A stretch of DNA of 64,000 bases, taken from positions 1,334,217 to 1,398,216 of the forward strand of contig ML996690.1 in the NCBI GenBank assembly GCA_010356995.1, read 5' to 3'. Of this stretch, positions 58,484 to 64,000 are shown piece by piece. The position numbers and the translations under genes are program-made. The notes under the pieces are model-generated. The model did not search any database. It was given only the letters and a program-made list of their open reading frames with translations, and had not been told where the DNA came from. This stretch comes from Trichodelitschia bisporula. Taxonomy: Eukaryota. The first letter of the stretch is position 1; each line of letters starts with the position of its first letter.

Positions 58484-59655
58484 CTATGGATGTGGTATCT
58501 CAGTCCATAGCCTATATGACCAGATCCCAAGTGACCAAGAACCCGCACAACGCACATGTAGCCCAGAACACCATCCTGGCCGTGCTAGGCCGCTCACTCG
58601 CCCGTTTGAGCTCCTTATTCCCAGATCCAACATTTTCGGCAGTGAATACGGAGTCATGCACCAGCTGCGTGATGTTTTCGGACTGCATCTCGAGGTTGAG
58701 CGCGAGTTCGGTCTGGAGGGATGAGATTTCGAGTAGCGACGACTCGGCCGATCTGTTGTGGCCATTAGCAAATTTTCAGCGCCGAGGGGATGTCGGTAGC
58801 GTACTTAATCTTCGCCAGCTCGTCGCTGTACTGCTTGAGCATATCCGCCTCCTCACGCGCAAACAGCTGCAACTGCTCCGGACTAAGCTGCGCCTCAAGC
58901 GCCGCACCGTCCTCCTCCACCGCACGCATTTCCGCCTTCTCATCGCCTTCACTCACAGTCCCCAATCCCCTCTCCGCGCCCGAATAATTCTGCGCCACAG
59001 GCCCGGCAAACGAGTGCAACACGCTACGCCGGCGCTCCACCTCCCGCCGCACCCACACCTCAACCATACCCCGCTGCTCCTCACCCGCGCTCTCAACCCT
59101 CCATTTCAGATACCAAACCACGCCCTCGCGCACTGCGCCGAGCACACGCACGCGCTCCGCCTCCGCTTCCTCCGCTGGGCTTTTGCTTACGGCGCCGGCG
59201 CCCGCGGCCCAGCGGCCCAGCGCGCCGAAGCCGGTCTTGCGTGCGGCGAGGGAGGTTTGGAGTTCGGAGGATACGCGGGCGGTGGTTGAGAGCTGGGTTA
59301 TCGCGCCTGCGAGCGTGGAGAGGAGTTGTCGGGTATCGGCGTCGATGGCCTGGCGCTGGGTGTCGGTGAGAGGGGCGGGGCCCTGGGTGGACGTTGGCCG
59401 GCGGGCGGGGGTGAGAGTTAGGTATGCGGGGCGGATTTCACGGAGGTAGGAGAGGAGAGCGGTGATATGGGCGTTCTAAAGGGAGGGGAAGGTTAGCTAG
59501 GAGCTCGGTGGGGTTGGGAGTGCGGCGGGGAAACCCACGATGCGGTAGGCCTCTTGCAGGAATTCATTTAGGGTGGAGGGATCGAAGGGAGGCTTGGATA
59601 TGGGCGGCGCATTGTGCGCGGCGAGTGCGGCGTTGAATGCCGGCGCGAGATCCAT
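58484..59655 (-). CDS. UFE1: ER t-SNARE syntaxin-18/Ufe1 (2 introns)
   Basis: MDLAPAFNAAL, DEFLQEAYRI-like exon, IRPAYL, LSPEQLQLFAREE, SNARE motif ..NVGSGNKELKRA, C-terminal TM. Confidence 0.85.
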
Positions 59656-59792
59656 GGTGTGGTTCGCGATGTTGCCAGCGAGACGTTACGTCGCTGTTGC
59701 GGCGGGCGCGGGGGTGCGGCTCGGCGGTCCGGGCGTGTTGGTTGCACCTGTACGAGTACCGACAATGCAGGCCAATTGCGATTCAACACAAC

Positions 59793-60370
59793 ATGCCTCT
59801 CCGCCCTTTTCCCGTTGCCTTGCGGACGGGAATCGATATCTGCTCTGTTGCTCGCTTGCAACGCGTGCTTTGTCCGACCGATACGCTGACCTGGAGAGAG
59901 GGTCTCAATGCGCGCTTTGTCGATAAGTTGCTTACGCCCCTTGAGCGGCAGGCTTTCTGGGCGAGAGTCGAGCGGCTGGCGAGTCTGAGGCAGGTAGCTG
60001 GGTATTTGGCGGCGAGGTATGTTCTGCGTGTGCTTGTATGCCGAGATTGGGCTAACGGAGCAGATGGGCGGCGAAAGAGGCCATTATAAAGGCTTCGACG
60101 CGGAAGCTGGGGCCGCTTGATATCATCGTCGGGATGGAAGGCAGACGACCGTTTGGAGTCATTCTGGATGAGAATATGGGGGAGCAAGAGGAGGGAATGG
60201 CCGGCGATGGCGACGGCCTTGCGGCGCACGATTTGAGCGGGCTCAATGGACAGGTGGTGCAATTGAGTCTGTCTCATGAGGAAGAATATGCGATCGCCGT
60301 GTGCCTCGTACCAGATGAACCAAGCTGCGCTCCGCTGTCTTTATCCTCACTATCCTCACCAGCAGACTAA
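59793..60370 (+). CDS. PPT2: Holo-[acyl-carrier-protein] synthase, AcpS-type PPTase (1 intron)
   Basis: TGIDIC, YLAAR|WAAKEAIIKA, LSLSHEEEYAIA. Confidence 0.88.
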
Positions 60371-60696
60371 TTAGCAACAACAGTTATACCGCACTCCCAA
60401 CTCAGGTCACCATCAGGTGTTTCAGACTTCCGCCTCGATCACAACCGCAAGCCGGATAGCCAGCCCAACCACCGCCCGGCGATGCCTACGGGAGAAGCGG
60501 AGTGATGCTCGACTACCCGGCAGACAGATTTATTGATGCGAGCACGTGATCGCGGGGGAGGCACTTTGTCGGAGCGGGGTGGCAAGGCGAAGTGCGGAAG
60601 CAAACTCCAAAAGCTACGATCTCCGCACGACCAAAATACTGTTCTCGCTCCTCCACATAGACTCCACTCAATCGCTTACAATCTCAAAAAGCCTTG

Positions 60697-61299
60697 ATGG
60701 ACGACATCCAAAACTCCAACCCCACCGTCCTCCCCTCCTCCGACCTCCCCTCCCGCCGTCCCGCGAGCCCAACCACGCACCACCCCTCCCGCGGCACCGG
60801 GCTCTTCGATTCACTCGTGCCAGCATACGGCTACCCATACGATCCCTTCCTGCCCAAATCACCATCCGCATCCTCCGACGATGAAGACGACGACGAGATC
60901 CCCGACCCGATCGACGCGCAAGAAATCTACGATCTCATCTCCACCATCACCGACCCGGAACACCCGCTCTCGCTCGGCTCCCTTTCCGTCGTCAACCTGC
61001 CCGACATAACCATCATCCCGCCGTCCTCGCCTGCCAGCCGCATCAGCACCGTGCAAGTCCTCCTTACGCCGACGGTTACACATTGCGGTCTGGCGACGGT
61101 GATTGGGCTTGGTGTACGGGTTAGGCTGGAGCGGGCGCTGCCGCCGCGGTTCCGGATTGATGTGAGGATTAAGCCGGGCACGCATAGCACTGCGGAGCAA
61201 GTTAGTCGGCAATTGGGGGATAAGGAGAGGGTAGCGGCTGCGGTGGAGAACGCGACGTTGATGGCCATGTTGAAGAAGATGCTCGAGGGGTGTGATTAA
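60697..61299 (+). CDS. CIA2: Cytosolic Fe-S assembly component Cia2 (MIP18/FAM96)
   Basis: EIYDLISTITDPEHPLSLGSLSVV, TPTVTHCGLATVIGL, QLGDKERVAAA. Confidence 0.95.
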   Translation: MDDIQNSNPTVLPSSDLPSRRPASPTTHHPSRGTGLFDSLVPAYGYPYDPFLPKSPSASSDDEDDDEIPDPIDAQEIYDLISTITDPEHPLSLGSLSVVNLPDITIIPPSSPASRISTVQVLLTPTVTHCGLATVIGLGVRVRLERALPPRFRIDVRIKPGTHSTAEQVSRQLGDKERVAAAVENATLMAMLKKMLEGCD

Positions 61300-61897
61300 G
61301 GTGAGATTGATGACAGGGCGAAGGAATTATTGCAACAGACACGGGCGGTGGAGATGGCTTTGTAAAACTGTACTCTGCGTCCAGCCTGGGGATGAAGTTG
61401 GTGAGGGGCTCAGAGCGTCACGGTGTTCGCTCTCGCGTAGAGCAAGACTGGGAGACTTGGGCGAGTCGATGTAGATGGCTTATGGTGATTTCAAAGCATC
61501 GCCGATTGGGAGCAGAGCATAAAAGGCCATGTCAGGGCATTTATAGAGGTCACAGGCAGCAGAGAATAGGAGCATATCTGGGATCAGCAGCATATGGCCG
61601 TTCGATCGAATTGACGATGATTTTTTCACACAAGCCAATCTGGCCGTGTGATATGCAACTGAATATCCAAAAGTCTTGACGTGCTCCCCTCCCCTCACCG
61701 ACGTGCGATATCGCTCCCGCTCAATAATCACCGCTCGCCAAGCGCCCCTCCAGCGCAGTGCATTTGTCAGGGTCCAGCACCAAACTCTACCGGTAGCCTT
61801 CTCCGCAGCCGCCACCCCACCAAACAAACTCCCCCTCGATTTCTCACCCAAAACCAACAACCACCTCACACACATCTTCACACCGAAAACATCCACC

Positions 61898-62909
61898 ATG
61901 GCTCCCGCAGTAATCGACATGTCCTCCGACCTTGCCCTCCCCTCCAAAGCCTCGGGCTCCGCCCCCCGTACCCTCCTCCTCGCCCCGCCCTCCCTCGCAG
62001 CACACCCCACCGCTCTCACCGCGCACCTCGCAAACCACCCCCGCCCCGCGACGGACATGCAAATGCTCGATCGCGTTGCGCTCGGCGCTATCACTCTCCC
62101 GCCTAACACTTACACGCGCATCCTGCTCCTCCCCGACGCCGCGGGCTCGCACACCGAGTCTCTAGCCCTGACCTCGCGCGCCGTGGTCTCCGCCGCGGCA
62201 CGCGCACTCGCCGACGGAGGCGTTCTGACTGTACAAGGCGGTGATGTAGGGGGCGCTCTGCGCACGCAGGGTATTCTCGCGGGACTAGTAGCCGAGGGCG
62301 GGGAGTTGCGGAAGGTGCGCGCAGAGGAGGAAATCGTCCCACTGCGTTTCGGCCGCAAGAAGGCCGAAGCCGGGGCGGAAGTCAATGGCAACGGCAAGCG
62401 CGCTGCTGCGCCCGAGCCCGTGCGCCCCCCCGGCGTCGGGTTCGTGGATTTCGGCGACGATCTGGATGAACTGGTGATGGGGGGCGGGGACGATGAGCTC
62501 GTGGATGAGGACGAGCTTATCACGGCGGAGGATATGGCGGGGCCGATTGTGCAGCGTGCGTTTTCCCTGAAAGGTGGTGATGCTGTGCTAACGCAGCCCA
62601 GCCCCCGAGTGCCGCCCCAAAGCCGGCAAGCGCCGGCGCGCATGCAAAGACTGCACCTGCGGATTGAAAGAGAAAATCGAAGCGGAGGACGCGGCGAAGC
62701 GCGAGGAGGCGGATGCGGCGCTTAACACGCTCACGCTGGGCGCGGATGATCTTGCGGAGGTGGATTTTACGGTGCAGGGCAAGGTGGGCAGTTGTGGGAA
62801 TTGTGCGCTTGGGGACGCGTTTCGCTGTGATGGGTGTCCGTATATTGGCCTGCCGGCGTTTAAGCCAGGGGAGGAGGTGCGGTTGATGAATGATGTTGTG
62901 CAGCTTTGA
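61898..62909 (+). CDS. DRE2: Fe-S cluster assembly protein Dre2/anamorsin (1 intron)
   Basis: [37 protein letters not shown] and [28 protein letters not shown] motifs. Confidence 0.96.
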
Positions 62910-63209
62910 GGGGGGGTGGGTTTGGGTTTGACATTGGAGGGCATATGGCGTATGGGCGTGAAGGATGGATAAGGGAGTGGGGACTTGTTGCATTCCCATG
63001 CTTGTGTGCATAGATAGCGGAAGGTCGTCGAGACTTTTGTGGATGATGGAGACGCGAAGCTCTGAACCATAGACTAACCACCATGTCTCATGAGTGCTCT
63101 GAAGAACCGGTTTTAGCCAAACCCCAATGCCGAAAAACAAGATCCGTCTATTCGCGTACAGAATACCATAATACAGCGCCGATGCCCAACCAGCCGTCTA
63201 CCGAGCCAG

Positions 63210-64000
63210 CTAAATTGCCGTACCGCGCTCAAAACTGTCCCGAATATCGGCCGTGTACTTGTCGTAAAAGCGCTTGAGCTTCTCATTGAACACTTTGTTC
63301 TACAAACCGTTAGCAGCCGGCCTAGAAATCGGACTCGAAAAAGACCTACCTTCTGGTTGATGTACGTAACATCCTCATTATCATCCTGATCGCGCCTCCT
63401 CTCCCTCATCTTCTTCAACCTCACCTCCTCCGCCTTCTTAATATCCGCCACCAACCGATCAACCGCCTCCTTCTCCGGCTTACTCCCCATCGCATCCGCC
63501 CCCTCCGTCGAATAAAACGACCCATCCCGATCCACAGCCACCATCTCCCCATCAGATAACTCCACAATCTCCAGCCCACCAGACGCCGCAGCCCGCTGAA
63601 TTGCCTCCATCTTCCTCTTCTCATACCCCTCCACATCCGGCTTCAACCCCTTCATCTTCCGCTTATACACCTTCCGCGCATCCTGCGTGTAATCCTGAAA
63701 CGCAACATCCGCTTTATGCCGCGCCTTCTTCTCCACCCGCCGATCCCACCGCTCCGCCTCCTCGACCGTCCAGTCCCATGCCCGCTTGCGCTCAAAATCG
63801 CCTCCTTGGTCTGCGGTCTCTGCTTTGAGCAGTTTGTGCGCTGCGATCGCGTGTTTGCGCCCCAGGCTGGCGAGCGCGTTTGGGTCTGTGGCTGCGCGGG
63901 CGGCTTCTGCGGCGGCTTCTTTGAGATTCGAGGTCCGCGCGGCTTGTTGCCGGGCTTTGAGGGCGGCGAAGCGCGCGGCGCGTTCGCTGGCTTTGGTTGG
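63210..64000 (-). CDS. SYF2: Pre-mRNA splicing factor Syf2 (5' end outside window; 1 intron)
   Basis: FERKRAWDWTVEEAERWD, DVTYINQK|NKVFNEKLKRFYDKYTADIRDSFERGTAI. Confidence 0.93.

Noticed and set aside
59793..60370. Secondary-metabolite cluster around the PPTase
   Set aside because: It is a short AcpS-type enzyme among housekeeping genes; no PKS or NRPS in the window.
1..64000. tRNA, rRNA, snoRNA or riboswitch
   Set aside because: None recognised by eye; a few box C-like ATGATGA words lacked convincing D boxes. Needs tRNAscan-SE/Infernal to exclude.

Overview
Gene-dense eukaryotic DNA from a filamentous ascomycete (Pezizomycotina-like: short GT..CTAAC..AG introns, high GC). Most of the window is a compact block of core housekeeping genes: spliceosome (BUD13, MFAP1, KIN17, CWC23, YJU2, SYF2), ribosome/tRNA biogenesis (SOF1, RRB1, MAK11, TSR2, RPR2, POP4, RPC34), amino-acid/purine synthesis (ARG4, PRO2, HOM2, ADE13), ER trafficking (USE1, UFE1, YIF1, SEC11, PIS1) and cytosolic Fe-S assembly (CIA2, DRE2). 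Many are arranged head-to-head. Four accessory islands interrupt it. (i) 1-8.5 kb: M35 protease, a divergent TrpRS and two secreted proteins. (ii) 13.4-21 kb: a mosaic of degenerate direct repeats with short hydrophobic ORFs, plus an orphan membrane protein. (iii) 41.9-44.1 kb: a tandem triplication of a ~0.7-kb unit, each encoding a 56-59 aa Met-Cys-initiated Cys/His micro-protein that the ORF track misses; ligand spacing is identical while the intervening residues are highly divergent. This is the best candidate for an undescribed system. (iv) 46.6-51 kb: an NLR-type NACHT gene inactivated by three nonsense codons and a frameshift. Gene names come from recalled motifs, not database searches, and exon boundaries were read by eye.
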